Assembly (NCBI GenBank): GCA_902796965.1
Contig: CADBRA010000024.1
Span: forward strand, 13,706-77,705
DNA: 64,000 nucleotides
DNA from: an uncultured Eubacteriales bacterium
Lineage (GTDB): Bacteria; Bacillota; Clostridia; Peptostreptococcales; Anaerovoracaceae
Direction of reading: 5' to 3'
Positions within the stretch are counted from its first letter, which is position 1; each line of letters begins with the position of its first letter. Made by a program: the position numbers and the translations under genes. Below, one piece after another: positions 38,342 through 49,785 of this stretch. The notes beneath the pieces are model-generated. The model searched no databases. It worked only from the letters and a program-made list of their open reading frames with translations, and was not told where the DNA came from.

Positions 38342-40810
38342 TTATCCGACCACTATATTCACGAGTTTGCCCGGAACGGCTATGACTTTTCTGATGTTTC
38401 TGCCTTCAGTCAGCTTTTTGACTGTCTCGTCGGCAAGAACAGTCTCAGATAGCTCTTCTCTTGAAAGTCCTGTGCTCACGTTCATTCTGTGCTTAACTTT
38501 TCCGTTCAGCTGAACGACTATCTCGACAGTGTCAAGGACAAGAGCCGATTCGTCATATTCAGGCCATTTCTCGAAATATACTGATCCCTCGTGTCCCAGT
38601 CTCTGCCAGAGTTCCTCACCGATGTGAGGCGTAAACGGCGCAAGTGCAAGGACGAGATTGTCCGCGCAGGATCTGAGAAGCGCATAATCTGCATTCTCAG
38701 TCTCCTTGTAGCGGTACATTTCATTTACCAGCTCCATGATGGAACTTATTGCTGTATTGAATCCGAATTTTCCGCTGCTCATACTGTCAGTGACTCTTTT
38801 CAATGTCTTGTTCATCTGATAGTACAGGCTCTTTTCTTCTTTTCCTTCAGCATTTCCGCTGAAAGTGCCATCATCTTTTTCTATGATTTCCAGCACGAGT
38901 CTCCAGACTCTGTTGAGGAATCTGAAGCTGCCCTCGACACCAGTATCTGACCAGTCAAGGTCTCTGTCAGGCGGAGCAGCAAACAGTATGAAAAGTCTCG
39001 CCGTATCCGCGCCGTATTTGTCGATGATCTCCACAGGGCTTACGATGTTTCCGACAGACTTCGACATCTTTGTTCCGTCTTTGAGTACCATGCCCTGCGT
39101 GAGCAGGTTCTCAAACGGCTCCTCGGCGTCGACAAGTCCGAGATCGTGGATCACTTTTGTGAAAAATCTCGCGTAGAGCAGGTGCAGTATAGCGTGCTCA
39201 ACTCCGCCTATATACTGGTCGACGTTCATCCAGTAATTTACTTTATCTTTTGAGAACGGCTCTTTGTCGTTTTTCGCGTCTGTATATCTGAGGAAATACC
39301 ATGATGAATCTACGAATGTGTCCATTGTATCTATCTCGCGCTTCGCAGGTCTGCCGCATACCGGGCATACCGTATCGCCGAATGTGCTGCTGGACGCAAG
39401 AGGTGAGGCTCCTTTTCCTGTGAATTCCACGTCGGTCGGGAGCATTATCGGCAGATTTTCTTCTTTTTCAGGAACCCATCCACAGTGTTCACAGTAGATC
39501 ATAGGGATAGGAACACCCCAGTATCTCTGTCTCGAGATAAGCCAATCACGTAGTCTGAAGTTAACTGTTTTTTTGCCAATGCCTTTTTTCTCAATATATT
39601 CCGTGATCTTTTCTATGGCTTTTTTGTTGTTCATACCATTGAACTCGCCTGAATTGATCATATTTCCCTCAGCTACAAATGCGTCTTGAAGATTTTCAAG
39701 ATCGATGTCAGGGTCTTCGGGATCTACGACAGGAATGATATCTATGCCGTATTTCTTTGCAAATGCAAAGTCTCTCGTGTCGTGAGCAGGAACTACCATG
39801 ATGGCTCCTGTCCCGTAATTCATAAGAACGTAATTAGCAATATAAACAGGCACTCTTTTTCCGCTGAGCGGATTGACTGCATAGCTTCCCGTGAAGCAGC
39901 CTTCTTTTTCCAGCGTCGTGGAACTTCTGTCTATATCACTGAGATACTGGAGTTTGTCCATGAACGCATCGACCTCTGCCTGATGTTCAGGTGTGACAAG
40001 TTCCTTTACAAACGGATGCTCCGGTGCGAGAACCATGCATGTAACGCCGAATACAGTATCAGGTCTCGTTGTAAATATTTTCAGCTTTTTATCAAAATTC
40101 TCTATTTCAAAGTCAATCTCCGCGCCTTCGCTTCTGCCGATCCAGTTTTTCTGCATCGTCTTTACTTTTTCAGGCCAGCCTGGAAGCTTGTCGAGATCAT
40201 CGAGAAGACGCTGGGCGTAATCTGTGATCTTCAGATACCATTGTGAGAGTTCCTTTTTGCCTACCGGCGTCTTGCATCTCTCGCATCTGCCGTCAACGAC
40301 CTGCTCATTTGCCAGCACTGTCTGGCATGAAGGACACCAGTTTACGGCATTCTTTTTCTTGTATGCGAGTCCTTTTTTATAAAACTGGATGAAGAACCAC
40401 TGAGTCCACTTATAGTAGTCGTCACGGCATGTCATGACCTCGCGGTCCCAATCATAGCTGAGCCCGAGCGATTTGAGCTGTCTCTTCATCTCTGCTATGT
40501 TGTCGTGTGTCCATATGTCAGGGCGCACGCCATTCTTTATCGCAGCATTTTCAGCAGGGAGACCGAATGAGTCCCAGCCCATCGGATGGAGAACATTAAA
40601 GCCCTTCATCCTCATGTATCTCGCTGTCACATCTCCGATCGAGTAATTCCTGACGTGACCCATATGGAGCTTGCCGGAAGGATACGGGAACATTTCAAGC
40701 ACATAATATTTTTCCTTGTTATCATCTTCCACAGTCTTGAAGACGTCGTTCTCTTCCCAGTATTTCTGCCACTTGTCTTCAATGGAATGGAAATCGTATT
40801 TATCTGACAT
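38342..40810 (-). CDS. leuS: Leucyl-tRNA synthetase
   Basis: HMGHVRNY and KMSKS motifs. The start is the ATG at 40808-40810 ([15 protein letters not shown]), preceded by GGAGG. The longer track ORF overlaps the upstream gene. Confidence 0.95.
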   Translation of the reverse strand: MSDKYDFHSIEDKWQKYWEENDVFKTVEDDNKEKYYVLEMFPYPSGKLHMGHVRNYSIGDVTARYMRMKGFNVLHPMGWDSFGLPAENAAIKNGVRPDIWTHDNIAEMKRQLKSLGLSYDWDREVMTCRDDYYKWTQWFFIQFYKKGLAYKKKNAVNWCPSCQTVLANEQVVDGRCERCKTPVGKKELSQWYLKITDYAQRLLDDLDKLPGWPEKVKTMQKNWIGRSEGAEIDFEIENFDKKLKIFTTRPDTVFGVTCMVLAPEHPFVKELVTPEHQAEVDAFMDKLQYLSDIDRSSTTLEKEGCFTGSYAVNPLSGKRVPVYIANYVLMNYGTGAIMVVPAHDTRDFAFAKKYGIDIIPVVDPEDPDIDLENLQDAFVAEGNMINSGEFNGMNNKKAIEKITEYIEKKGIGKKTVNFRLRDWLISRQRYWGVPIPMIYCEHCGWVPEKEENLPIMLPTDVEFTGKGASPLASSSTFGDTVCPVCGRPAKREIDTMDTFVDSSWYFLRYTDAKNDKEPFSKDKVNYWMNVDQYIGGVEHAILHLLYARFFTKVIHDLGLVDAEEPFENLLTQGMVLKDGTKMSKSVGNIVSPVEIIDKYGADTARLFILFAAPPDRDLDWSDTGVEGSFRFLNRVWRLVLEIIEKDDGTFSGNAEGKEEKSLYYQMNKTLKRVTDSMSSGKFGFNTAISSIMELVNEMYRYKETENADYALLRSCADNLVLALAPFTPHIGEELWQRLGHEGSVYFEKWPEYDESALVLDTVEIVVQLNGKVKHRMNVSTGLSREELSETVLADETVKKLTEGRNIRKVIAVPGKLVNIVVG

Positions 40811-40811
40811 T

Positions 40812-41735
40812 CTAAGCCTCCCAGTCAACTCTTTCACAGTCGCTCCAGATCTTTTCGAGATTGTATTTTTCGCGCTTCTCAGGTGTGAATATATTGATGA
40901 CGACATCGCCGTAATCCATGAGAACCCAGCCGGAGCCGTTCTTTCCTTCTACTCCTCTTACAAATCTGCCCTGCATGTCCGCTCTGCTCTGAACGGATTC
41001 AGCAAGTGCGGTCACCTGCCTTATGCTGCTGCCTCCGGCAATGATAAGATAGTCCGCAAACGATGATTTTTCTGCAATATCAAGGACTATGATGTCCTCG
41101 CCTTTTTTGCTGTCAAGCACGTTGGCCGCATAGACAGCGAAATTTCTGCTGTTGTCGAGTGAATCACCCTTGAGAATACTCTCAAACCAGTCTCTCGCCT
41201 TGACAGAATCCCTGTCGAGGTACATTCCTGACTCCTCGACACGCTTTATCGTACGGCTCGAGATCTCGTACCCTGCCCTGTCTATGTCCTCGAAAGCGAG
41301 CCTGTTCAGCATCTTCACCTCAGGATATGTGCGGTTCGGTTCAACAGCGTCAGCTACAAAAATTATCTTTTCGAGAAGAGACATGTCCGCCCTTCCTGTA
41401 GTGTGATAGCTGACAGCATTTATAATGTTCTGATCAGTAACGCCAAACCTGTCCTTTAGTATCTCCGCCGCGACTTTGCTGTGCGCAAGCTGCGGCTTGT
41501 CTATATATAATTTGTCAAGATGATATTTTTCAACGAGCGAATTCATCTCTTCTATATCGAGATTTTTGCAAGCGTCATGAAAAAGCGCAGCGATATATGT
41601 TTTGTCTTTATCTGCTCCGTATCTCTCAGCGAGAGCTCCCGCTGTCTCTACGACGCCCATGGTGTGGCGGTAGCGCTTTTCAGTAAGTCTCATTTTAACA
41701 AAATCATCGAGTTTTTTTACAAATTCTCTGTCCAT
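40812..41735 (-). CDS. yqeK-rsfS: Fusion of the YqeK HD-domain phosphohydrolase and the ribosomal silencing factor RsfS
   Basis: The N-terminal ~190 aa are YqeK-like (RYRHTMGV..., FHDACK). The C-terminal ~110 aa are RsfS-like (EDIIVLDI...[11 protein letters not shown]...[14 protein letters not shown]). Confidence 0.85.
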   Translation of the reverse strand: MDREFVKKLDDFVKMRLTEKRYRHTMGVVETAGALAERYGADKDKTYIAALFHDACKNLDIEEMNSLVEKYHLDKLYIDKPQLAHSKVAAEILKDRFGVTDQNIINAVSYHTTGRADMSLLEKIIFVADAVEPNRTYPEVKMLNRLAFEDIDRAGYEISSRTIKRVEESGMYLDRDSVKARDWFESILKGDSLDNSRNFAVYAANVLDSKKGEDIIVLDIAEKSSFADYLIIAGGSSIRQVTALAESVQSRADMQGRFVRGVEGKNGSGWVLMDYGDVVINIFTPEKREKYNLEKIWSDCERVDWEA

Positions 41736-41757
41736 ATGCTGTCAGTTATCTCCTGTC

Positions 41758-42360
41758 TCATTTATACAGCCTGTGTCGCGCCGCATACTCTATGACGCTG
41801 TCAGGCGTTAAATACTTTACGCTTCTTCCGGTGCGGAATCGTTCCCGTATGTCTGTAGAAGAGATATCCACCTGCGGAACGGGAACTACCTTTATGTCAG
41901 CTCCGTATTTTTCTCTGAGCCAGTCTGCTGTTTCATCGAGCTTTCCTGCTTCACAGCCCGGCCTTCTGCCGACCACGAACGAATAATTTCTCAGAAGTTC
42001 CTCAGCTCCCATCCACGATTCAAGACCCATGAACGAATCTGCCCCCATAATGAAATACAGTTTGTCATCCGGGCCGCATCTTTTCTTTATGAAGCGCATC
42101 GTATCGACGGTATATGACATCTCTCCTTTATCCACCTCGATCGATGAGACGTCCATAAATGCGTTTCCCTCAATGGCGAGGCGCGTCATTTCGAGATTAT
42201 GAATCGAGCTTTCGCCGCCTGTCCCCTTTTTAAAAGGTGATTCGTAAGCCGGAATAAGAATCACCCTGTCGAGTCCTGCGGCGTCTCTCGAGTGTTCCGC
42301 GAGCACAAGATGACCGTAATGAATTGGATTGAAGCTTCCTCCGAAAATACCGATTTTCAT
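41758..42360 (-). CDS. nadD: Nicotinate-nucleotide adenylyltransferase
   Basis: GIFGGSFNPIHYGH motif. Confidence 0.93.
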   Translation of the reverse strand: MKIGIFGGSFNPIHYGHLVLAEHSRDAAGLDRVILIPAYESPFKKGTGGESSIHNLEMTRLAIEGNAFMDVSSIEVDKGEMSYTVDTMRFIKKRCGPDDKLYFIMGADSFMGLESWMGAEELLRNYSFVVGRRPGCEAGKLDETADWLREKYGADIKVVPVPQVDISSTDIRERFRTGRSVKYLTPDSVIEYAARHRLYK

Positions 42361-42384
42361 GATATATATCCGGCTCCTTATATT

Positions 42385-44172
42385 CTATTCAGCGTCCGGA
42401 ACAGTCCTGATCGCCAGCTCGTCAAGCTGGCTCTGTTCTATGAGTCCCGGAGCGCCCGACATCAGGCACTGTGCGTTCGCATTCTTAGGGAATGCTATGA
42501 CCTCTCTGATGCTGGATTCGCCGAGCATCAGCATGACAAGTCTGTCCATACCGTATGCAAGTCCGCCGTGAGGAGGAGCTCCATATCTGAACGCCTCGAG
42601 CAGGAATCCGAACTTCTCCTGCGCCTGTTCATCTGAAATGTGAAGCGCCTTGAATACTTTTTTCTGAAGTTCTCTGTCATGTATCCTTATGCTTCCGCCG
42701 CCGGCTTCGACGCCGTTGAGTACTATGTCGTACGCTTTTGCCTTTACGCTGCCCGGATCAGTGAGCATCTTGTCGACGTCTTCTTCGCGCGGCATCGTAA
42801 ACGGATGATGCATCGCGAGCCATCTGCCTTCCTCTTCACTGTATTCAAACATAGGAAAATCAGTGACCCAGAGGAAATTAAACTTCTTTGGATCGAGAAG
42901 CCCCATGTCGTCCGCGATGTGGCGTCTCAGAAATCCCAAAGAATCTGAAACGACTTTATAAGTGTCTGAAACAAAAAGAATGAGGTCACCCGGTTTCGCT
43001 TCCATTCTTCCGATGATGCTTTTTTTCTGACCGTCATCAAAGAATTTGGCTATAGGCGACGTGATGCCGCCGTCTGTTACCTTCATCCACGCGAGACCCT
43101 TTGCTCCGTAATCCTTGGCCTTTTCGCCCAGCTTGTCTATATCCTTCCTGCTGTATTTGTCAGCTCCACCGGTTATGCATATCGCCTTTACGACGCCTCC
43201 GGCGTCAACGGTGCTGCTGAACACCTTGAATCCACAGTCCTTCATGAGATCCGTGAGATCTTTCAGCTCAAATCCGAATCTGGTGTCAGGTTTATCGCTG
43301 CCGAATCTGTCCATAGCTTCATCATACGGAATCCTTTGAAACGGAATCTGAATGTCCAATCCGATAGTTTCCTTGAACAAAGTCTTGAGATAGCGCTCCT
43401 GTATTTCCATTATATCATCAGGTTCCACAAACGACAGTTCCATATCTATCTGTGTAAATTCAGGCTGTCTGTCAGCTCTGAGGTCCTCATCTCTGAAGCA
43501 CTTGGCAATCTGGAAATATCTGTCGCATCCTGAAGCCATGAGCAGCTGTTTGTAGAGCTGAGGCGACTGAGGGAGAGCGTAGAATCTTCCGTGATTGACT
43601 CTGCTTGGAATCAGATAATCTCTGGCACCCTCAGGTGTAGGCTTGTCGAGATCAGGTGTCTCAATCTCAAGGAATCCCTCGTCCGAGAAGAAGCGGCGCG
43701 TAACCTGTGCCACCTTATGGCGGAATGCAAGATTTCTCTGCATCTTAGGCTTTCTCAAATCGAGGAATCTGTATTTCAGTCTGAGATTTTCATCAACATT
43801 GTCATCGTCTTTAACATAAATAGGAGGTGTATCAGCAGTAGAATATATGACGAGCTCCGCTGCTCTGACCTCTATATCTCCTGTAGGAATTTTTTTGTTC
43901 TTCGATTCGCGTTCGCCGACTGTTCCTTTTACACCGATAACATATTCGCTTTTAAGCGTATCGGCTTTATCAAATACAGACTTCTCAGTCTTGTCGTCGA
44001 ACACTATCTGTGTAATGCCTGTTCTGTCTCTCAGATCAGCGAAAATAAGTCCGCCGAGGTTTCTCTTTTTCGCCACCCAGCCGTTGAGCACGACATCACG
44101 TCCTGCATCCTCTATTCGCAGATCACCGCACATGTCGGTTCTCTTAAAAACATCTCTCATCATTTCCTCCAA
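42385..44172 (-). CDS. aspS: Aspartyl-tRNA synthetase
   Basis: 595 aa with class IIb motifs (FRDEDLRADRQPEFTQ, GGGSIRIH). Confidence 0.95.
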   Translation of the reverse strand: MEEMMRDVFKRTDMCGDLRIEDAGRDVVLNGWVAKKRNLGGLIFADLRDRTGITQIVFDDKTEKSVFDKADTLKSEYVIGVKGTVGERESKNKKIPTGDIEVRAAELVIYSTADTPPIYVKDDDNVDENLRLKYRFLDLRKPKMQRNLAFRHKVAQVTRRFFSDEGFLEIETPDLDKPTPEGARDYLIPSRVNHGRFYALPQSPQLYKQLLMASGCDRYFQIAKCFRDEDLRADRQPEFTQIDMELSFVEPDDIMEIQERYLKTLFKETIGLDIQIPFQRIPYDEAMDRFGSDKPDTRFGFELKDLTDLMKDCGFKVFSSTVDAGGVVKAICITGGADKYSRKDIDKLGEKAKDYGAKGLAWMKVTDGGITSPIAKFFDDGQKKSIIGRMEAKPGDLILFVSDTYKVVSDSLGFLRRHIADDMGLLDPKKFNFLWVTDFPMFEYSEEEGRWLAMHHPFTMPREEDVDKMLTDPGSVKAKAYDIVLNGVEAGGGSIRIHDRELQKKVFKALHISDEQAQEKFGFLLEAFRYGAPPHGGLAYGMDRLVMLMLGESSIREVIAFPKNANAQCLMSGAPGLIEQSQLDELAIRTVPDAE

Positions 44173-44183
44173 TCAGCTGCGGT

Positions 44184-45443
44184 TTATTCTGCGGATTTCA
44201 GAATTTCATCGAGTTCTTCTGTTCTGATTCGCTTCTGATCTCCGGTAATCATATTCTTTACAGTAAGTTCTCCGCTTTTTATCTCATCGTCACCGATCAC
44301 GGCTGTGTATCTGGCGTTGACCCTGTCAGCATATTTGAACTGGCCCTTGAGATTCCTCTCGGCGATATCTGTTACGGCTGAAAAACCCTTTATTCTGACA
44401 TCGTGCGCAAGCTTCTGAGCAAAATTCTTTGCATCGTCTCCGACAAAAGCAACGAATATGTCTACAGGAGGGTTCTCCGGCAGATATGCCCCGCACGCCT
44501 CCATCACTATGAGCAGTCTCTCTATGCCAAGTCCGAATCCTATGCCGGGAGTTTTCGGTCCGCCGAGGTTTTCGACCAGACCGTCGTATCTCCCGCCCCC
44601 GCAGACAGTACCCTGAGCTCCGATCGTATTAGTCACTATCTCGAATGCAGTTTTTGTATAGTAATCCAGTCCGCGCACTATCTTAGGATCTATGGTGTAA
44701 TCAATGCCGAGAGCGTTCAGATTTGTCTGAAGCTCCTCAAAAGATTTCCTGCAGTCATCACACAGATAGTCAAGCATGACAGGAGCTCCTTCGGCGATCT
44801 TCTGATCGTCAGGATCCTTGCTGTCGAGGATTCTCATCGGATTTCTCTCAAATCTGTCCTTGGAGATATCAGACAGTCCCTCATAATTTGGTCTCAGAAA
44901 ATTCTGAAGCGCCTTTCTGTAATTCGCTCTGCACTCCGGACAGCCGATACTGTTTATCCTGAGCTCAAGATCATTTACGCCGAGTTCTCTAAAAAAGTCC
45001 ATCGCGAGCGAAATGACCTCTGCATCGGCCATCATGCTTTCTGTACCGAAAAATTCAGTGCCCAGCTGATGGAACTCTCTGAGTCTGCCGGCCTGCGGCC
45101 TTTCATATCTGAAACACGGTATTATGTAGTACACCTTTTCCGGTTTTACGCCGGCATATACCTTGTGTTCTATGTATGAACGGGCGACGCCTGCCGTACC
45201 TTCCGGGCGCAGTGTTATACTTCTGCCCGCATGATCTTCGAATGTATACATTTCCTTCTGCACTACATCCGTCGTATCTCCGACGCCTCTGCGAAAAAGC
45301 TCGGTATGTTCGAATACAGGCGTTCTCGTCTCCCTTATTCCGTATCTGCGGCAGATATCGCGGAATTTTCCTTCGACATACTGCCATTTTACTGACTGCT
45401 CGGGGAGAATATCTTTCGTCCCCTTAGGTGCTTTTGTCAGCAT
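44184..45443 (-). CDS. hisS: Histidyl-tRNA synthetase
   Basis: 419 aa with GTKDILP, FRYERPQAGRLREF and GGGRYD. Confidence 0.95.
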   Translation of the reverse strand: MLTKAPKGTKDILPEQSVKWQYVEGKFRDICRRYGIRETRTPVFEHTELFRRGVGDTTDVVQKEMYTFEDHAGRSITLRPEGTAGVARSYIEHKVYAGVKPEKVYYIIPCFRYERPQAGRLREFHQLGTEFFGTESMMADAEVISLAMDFFRELGVNDLELRINSIGCPECRANYRKALQNFLRPNYEGLSDISKDRFERNPMRILDSKDPDDQKIAEGAPVMLDYLCDDCRKSFEELQTNLNALGIDYTIDPKIVRGLDYYTKTAFEIVTNTIGAQGTVCGGGRYDGLVENLGGPKTPGIGFGLGIERLLIVMEACGAYLPENPPVDIFVAFVGDDAKNFAQKLAHDVRIKGFSAVTDIAERNLKGQFKYADRVNARYTAVIGDDEIKSGELTVKNMITGDQKRIRTEELDEILKSAE

Positions 45444-45468
45444 GAAATCCCTCCTGTCAACTCATATT

Positions 45469-46908
45469 TTATTTATTGGAACGCTCGAATGGCAGATAAA
45501 GTTTTTTCTCTTTGCGTTCTGTCATTTCTGCAATTCTTTCTATATATATCTGATAATTTGATACGTTAGGCACTCTTTCGAGCCTGTTCGTATCCTCATA
45601 ATATGCCTTGCTTATACCTCCGGCTCCGAGCGCTGCTATTGTCTGATGCTCATCCATGATCCTGATGTTATAGACTGATTCGTATCCGGGCAGGGAATAA
45701 CTGACATTCTCGAAATTGCCTGCCATGTGCTTCTGCCTGTACATGTAATACGGTCTGTATCCATTTTCAGCGAGAAGTTTTCTGGCATCGGACACCATCC
45801 TGCCGACATCAGCCTCAGTATCATAATTGTACTCGGCATACAGCTCGTGAAGCTTCGACGATCTCTTTACTGCAAGCGTATGAACAGTGATGTTCACAGG
45901 TCCGAGTTCTATCACTCTTCTTAGTGAATCCATGAACATATCATAATCCTCACCCGGAAGTCCCGCGATGAGATCTGAATTCACGTTCAGGCTGTCATAT
46001 TTTGAAACGAGCCCGAATGCTCTCTCTATATCGCCTGATCTGTGCGTCCGCCCTATATTTTCAAGAGTGCGGTCGTTCATAGACTGCGGATTGATGCTTA
46101 TCCTAGTCGCGCCGTGATCCGAGATGACCTTAAGTCTGTCCTCCGTGATCGTATCCGGCCTTCCTGCCTCGACACAATACTCCTTTATACCATCGGTTAT
46201 GAAGAATTTTTCAATTGCTGTCATGAGCATGTCAAGATCGGAGGCCCTCAGCGTCGTCGGTGTGCCGCCGCCGATATATATGCTCTCAGGAGCTACGCCG
46301 AGCTCTGAAAAACGTCTGCCGACAGTTTCTGTTTCAAAAAGCAGAGCATCGAGATACCTCTGTATCTCGCTGTAAGGCTGCTGATTTGAAGTGAATGCGC
46401 AGTATAGGCATCTTGTCGGACAAAAAGGTATTCCTGCATAAAGGCCAATTGTCCTGCCGGCTTTTCTGCTGGTCACACAGCTCTGGACTCTGCCGGTCTC
46501 CATCACAAGGTCTGTCTTTTCAGGCAAAACAAGGTAGTGGTTCAGAAAAATGTCTCTCGTCTCTTCCTCACTCTTGCCTTTTATATACATGAGTTCGTTT
46601 GCCATTTTTACCGGCCTCACACCTGTAAGAGTACCCCACTCCGGCCTGTATCCCGTAAGTCTGCAGAGCTCTTTAAAAAGAAAAATCTTTGCGTCGTCTC
46701 TGTTCATGTTCATGCCGGCCAGCGATATATCGGCAGGCCGGCAGTCATCGTCCGCGTGAGCGGCCGTATCTTGTGTGTTTTTCCTGCATCCGTTCAGGAT
46801 TGTGCATTCTGAAGGACGCAGAAATTCGCGTATGAGTTCTTCGAGCTCGTAGCTCGATTTGTGACCTGCAAGGTCTATTTTAAAAGAACGGATTGTATTG
46901 TTTCTCAT
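45469..46908 (-). CDS. HemN/HemZ-like radical SAM protein
   Basis: CPTRCLYC (CxxxCxxC) motif and HemN-like length. The start is uncertain: ATG 46908 or GTG 46980, neither with a clear SD. Either start overlaps the end of the upstream MBL gene. Confidence 0.78.
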   Translation of the reverse strand: MRNNTIRSFKIDLAGHKSSYELEELIREFLRPSECTILNGCRKNTQDTAAHADDDCRPADISLAGMNMNRDDAKIFLFKELCRLTGYRPEWGTLTGVRPVKMANELMYIKGKSEEETRDIFLNHYLVLPEKTDLVMETGRVQSCVTSRKAGRTIGLYAGIPFCPTRCLYCAFTSNQQPYSEIQRYLDALLFETETVGRRFSELGVAPESIYIGGGTPTTLRASDLDMLMTAIEKFFITDGIKEYCVEAGRPDTITEDRLKVISDHGATRISINPQSMNDRTLENIGRTHRSGDIERAFGLVSKYDSLNVNSDLIAGLPGEDYDMFMDSLRRVIELGPVNITVHTLAVKRSSKLHELYAEYNYDTEADVGRMVSDARKLLAENGYRPYYMYRQKHMAGNFENVSYSLPGYESVYNIRIMDEHQTIAALGAGGISKAYYEDTNRLERVPNVSNYQIYIERIAEMTERKEKKLYLPFERSNK

Positions 46909-47497
46909 GTCCGATTGTAGTATGTCCCATGTGCCCTGGAAGCACGAATGTATCGTCCGGAAGCACAAACATCTTTTCACGTACTGACTTTTTGAGTTCT
47001 ATGAGCGAACCGCCGACGAAATCAGTTCTGCCGATCGACTCCGCGAACAGCGTGTCTCCGCTGAACAGTATATTACCGACGAGTACTGAGATGCCGCCTG
47101 GCGAATGTCCCGGTGTAAATAATATGTGAAGTGTCATATTTCCGACCTGAAGCGTGTCTCCGTCATTTACATATATGTCAGGAGTAAACGCAACGTCCTG
47201 ACCGCAGAGCGCTCTCGACTGATTTGAAATCGGATCGTTAAAATAGCGGTTGTCTTTTTTGTTTGCCGCTACCTGGCACTTGTATTTTGCCTTGTAGTGA
47301 GGGACTCCGCAGATGTGGTCACCATGACCGTGCGTGAGCACTATGTATTTTATTTTGTACTCGTTTGAATCGATGTAATTATCCAGCGGCTTGCACACCG
47401 ATCCGGGATCTAATATGAATGCTTCCTTTGAGTTTTCATCTGCGCAGAGGTAAGTATTCGTCTGTATCGGACTTGTGTAGAACTGTTTGATATCCAT
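46880..47497 (-). CDS. MBL-fold metallo-hydrolase
   Basis: THGHGDH motif; 205 aa. Confidence 0.85.
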   Translation of the reverse strand: MDIKQFYTSPIQTNTYLCADENSKEAFILDPGSVCKPLDNYIDSNEYKIKYIVLTHGHGDHICGVPHYKAKYKCQVAANKKDNRYFNDPISNQSRALCGQDVAFTPDIYVNDGDTLQVGNMTLHILFTPGHSPGGISVLVGNILFSGDTLFAESIGRTDFVGGSLIELKKSVREKMFVLPDDTFVLPGHMGHTTIGHEKQYNPFF

Positions 47498-47513
47498 TTA
47501 TTTATTCTCCATG

Positions 47514-49772
47514 TCAGTTGTAATTGGCATTGCCCCTCTTGACCTCGATCACGCCTCTGAGAGCGCGGAAACGGCTCATCATCCTCTTGATCTGATTTAC
47601 ATTTGTTATCTGTATTGTCAGAGTTATGCTCGCAGTGTTGTCGTTGTTGCTCCGGCCGTTTACGCCCGTGATATGGACGTCCATGTCCTCGCAGATCTTG
47701 GAAAGGTCAGCGAACATGCCCTTTCTGTCCTCGGCAAGGACGGAAATATCTGTCTCAAACGTATGAGGAGTGCTCTCTATGTCGCCCCACTCAACTTCGA
47801 TGAATCTGCTCTTTTCTTCTTCAGGAAGAGACGTGATGTTCGGGCAGTCGGTTCTGTGAACTGTGACGCCTCTGCCTTTTGTTATGAATCCTATGATATC
47901 GTCGCCGGGCACAGGGTTGCAGCACTTCGCGAGACGTGTCAGAAGGTTGTCCATGCCCTTTACTTTTACACCGCCTGAATATGAAGTTCTGCGATTTGCC
48001 GTCTTTGACTCGAAGTTCTTGATCTCTTTTCTCGCTTTAGTCTCCGCATTCTTCTCGTCCTCGTAAGATTTGAGCAGCAGGTCAAGAACCCTGGAGAGCA
48101 TTGTTCCTCCGTATCCTATCGACGAATACATGTCGTCAGTTGACTGAAAATTGAGTTCCTTAGCTACTTTGTTCATTCTCTGAGGCCTCAGAATCTGAGC
48201 CGGATCATATCTCTTCCTTCTTACATATTTTTCGAGTGCCGATTTTCCTTTTTCTACGTTCTCGTTCTTGTTTTCCTTTTTGAGCCACTGACGTATCTTG
48301 TTTCTTGCATTGCGGCTCTTGGCTATCTTGAGCCAGTCGACGTTAGGTCCCTTGCTGTTCGGAGATGTGATGATCTCTACGATATTGCCGTTCTCGAGCA
48401 TGTGATCGAGAGTTACCATCTTTCCGTTAACCTTTGCGCCAATGCACTGGTTTCCGACATTCGAGTGGATTTTATATGCGAAGTCTATAGGCGTCGAACC
48501 AGCAGGAAGCTCTATGACCTTGCCTGCAGGAGTGAACACGAATACCTGATTTGAAAACAGATCGACCTTGAGCGTTTCCATGAATTCATTGGCATTTCCA
48601 GCCTCCTGGTTCCACTCGAGTGTCTGTCTCAGCCAGGCGAGCTTGCCCTCCTCCTGGTCCGATTTAATGCCTTCTTTGTATTTCCAATGCGCCGCAATAC
48701 CGTATTCGGCTATCCTGTGCATCTCGTATGTGCGTATCTGGATTTCAAAAGGCTGTCCGTTCGTTCCGAACACAGTCGTATGAAGCGACTGATACATGTT
48801 CGATTTAGGCATGGCTATGTAGTCTTTGAAGCGCCCCGGCACAGGCTTCCACAATGTGTGGACTATGCCGAGGACAGCGTAACAGTCTTTGACGCTGTCG
48901 ACAAGGACGCGTATCGCGAGCAGATCGAAAATTTCATCGAGCTGCTTGTGCTTGTCTCTCATCTTTCTGTAAATGCTGTAAAAGTGCTTCGATCTCCCGT
49001 AGACTTCGTAATGAATTCCGAGTGTATCGAGCTGCACCTTAAGCTGTTCGATGATTTCTCTTATGTTTTCTTCGCGCTGTTCCTTGCGCTGATGTATCTG
49101 TTTCGCCAGATTGGCGTAGAATTCTGGTTTAAGGTGCTTGAGCGCTATGTCCTCAAGCTCAAATTTCATCTGGAACATACCGAGCCTGTCCGCTAAAGGA
49201 GCGTATATATCCAGTGTTTCTGTGCATTTTTCCTTTATTTTCTCAGGCGGCATATAGTCTATTGTCCGCATATTGTGCAGCCTGTCCGCCAGCTTGATTA
49301 TCAGGACCCTGATGTCCTTTGACATGGCGAGAAACATCTTTCGCATGTTCTCGGCCTGTGCTTCTTCTTTTGTTTCAAATACGAGTGAACCGAGCTTCGT
49401 GACTCCTTCTACGAGGAGCGCTATCTCGTCGCCGAAATTATTCTTTAAATCCTCTTCTGAATATGAAGTGTCTTCAACGACATCATGAAGCAGCCCCGCG
49501 ATGATTGTCTGATCATCCATTCCGAGCTCGGCAAGTATTTTTGCGGTTTCAACCGGATGGATGATATACGGTTCTCCTGATTTTCTGAGCTGTCCATTGT
49601 GCATCTCTGACGCCGTATCATAGGCTTTGCCTATCGCTTCGAGATCATAATTACGTTCAAGTGAATTCAGATAATCGAGAAAATCCTCTTTGCTTCTCGG
49701 ATCGAAATTTTCAGTTTTTATATTGTTTTCGCTTCTGTCTTTTATTGCTTCTGATGTCATAACATTTACCAT
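47514..49772 (-). CDS. rel: Bifunctional (p)ppGpp synthetase/hydrolase (long RSH)
   Basis: HD domain (HPVETA...LLHDVVEDT), synthetase domain, and TGS and ACT regions. Length 752 aa. The start is ATG 49772 or 49760. Confidence 0.93.
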   Translation of the reverse strand: MVNVMTSEAIKDRSENNIKTENFDPRSKEDFLDYLNSLERNYDLEAIGKAYDTASEMHNGQLRKSGEPYIIHPVETAKILAELGMDDQTIIAGLLHDVVEDTSYSEEDLKNNFGDEIALLVEGVTKLGSLVFETKEEAQAENMRKMFLAMSKDIRVLIIKLADRLHNMRTIDYMPPEKIKEKCTETLDIYAPLADRLGMFQMKFELEDIALKHLKPEFYANLAKQIHQRKEQREENIREIIEQLKVQLDTLGIHYEVYGRSKHFYSIYRKMRDKHKQLDEIFDLLAIRVLVDSVKDCYAVLGIVHTLWKPVPGRFKDYIAMPKSNMYQSLHTTVFGTNGQPFEIQIRTYEMHRIAEYGIAAHWKYKEGIKSDQEEGKLAWLRQTLEWNQEAGNANEFMETLKVDLFSNQVFVFTPAGKVIELPAGSTPIDFAYKIHSNVGNQCIGAKVNGKMVTLDHMLENGNIVEIITSPNSKGPNVDWLKIAKSRNARNKIRQWLKKENKNENVEKGKSALEKYVRRKRYDPAQILRPQRMNKVAKELNFQSTDDMYSSIGYGGTMLSRVLDLLLKSYEDEKNAETKARKEIKNFESKTANRRTSYSGGVKVKGMDNLLTRLAKCCNPVPGDDIIGFITKGRGVTVHRTDCPNITSLPEEEKSRFIEVEWGDIESTPHTFETDISVLAEDRKGMFADLSKICEDMDVHITGVNGRSNNDNTASITLTIQITNVNQIKRMMSRFRALRGVIEVKRGNANYN

Positions 49773-49785
49773 ACATTAAAAGAAT

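Noticed and set aside
40811-40906. 32-codon extension of the leuS track ORF
   Set aside because: It overlaps the end of the yqeK::rsfS gene. The ATG at 40810 has a GGAGG SD and gives the canonical LeuRS N-terminus.
43591-45179. 215-aa and 258-aa plus-strand ORFs (43591-44238, 44403-45179)
   Set aside because: They are antisense to the well-supported aspS and hisS genes. They show no recognisable motifs and no ribosome-binding sites.
42361-45468. T-box leaders upstream of hisS, aspS or leuS
   Set aside because: The spacers are only 11-25 nt (45444-45468, 44173-44183, 42361-42384) and 1 nt before leuS. There is no room for a T-box, so the genes appear to be operon-internal.
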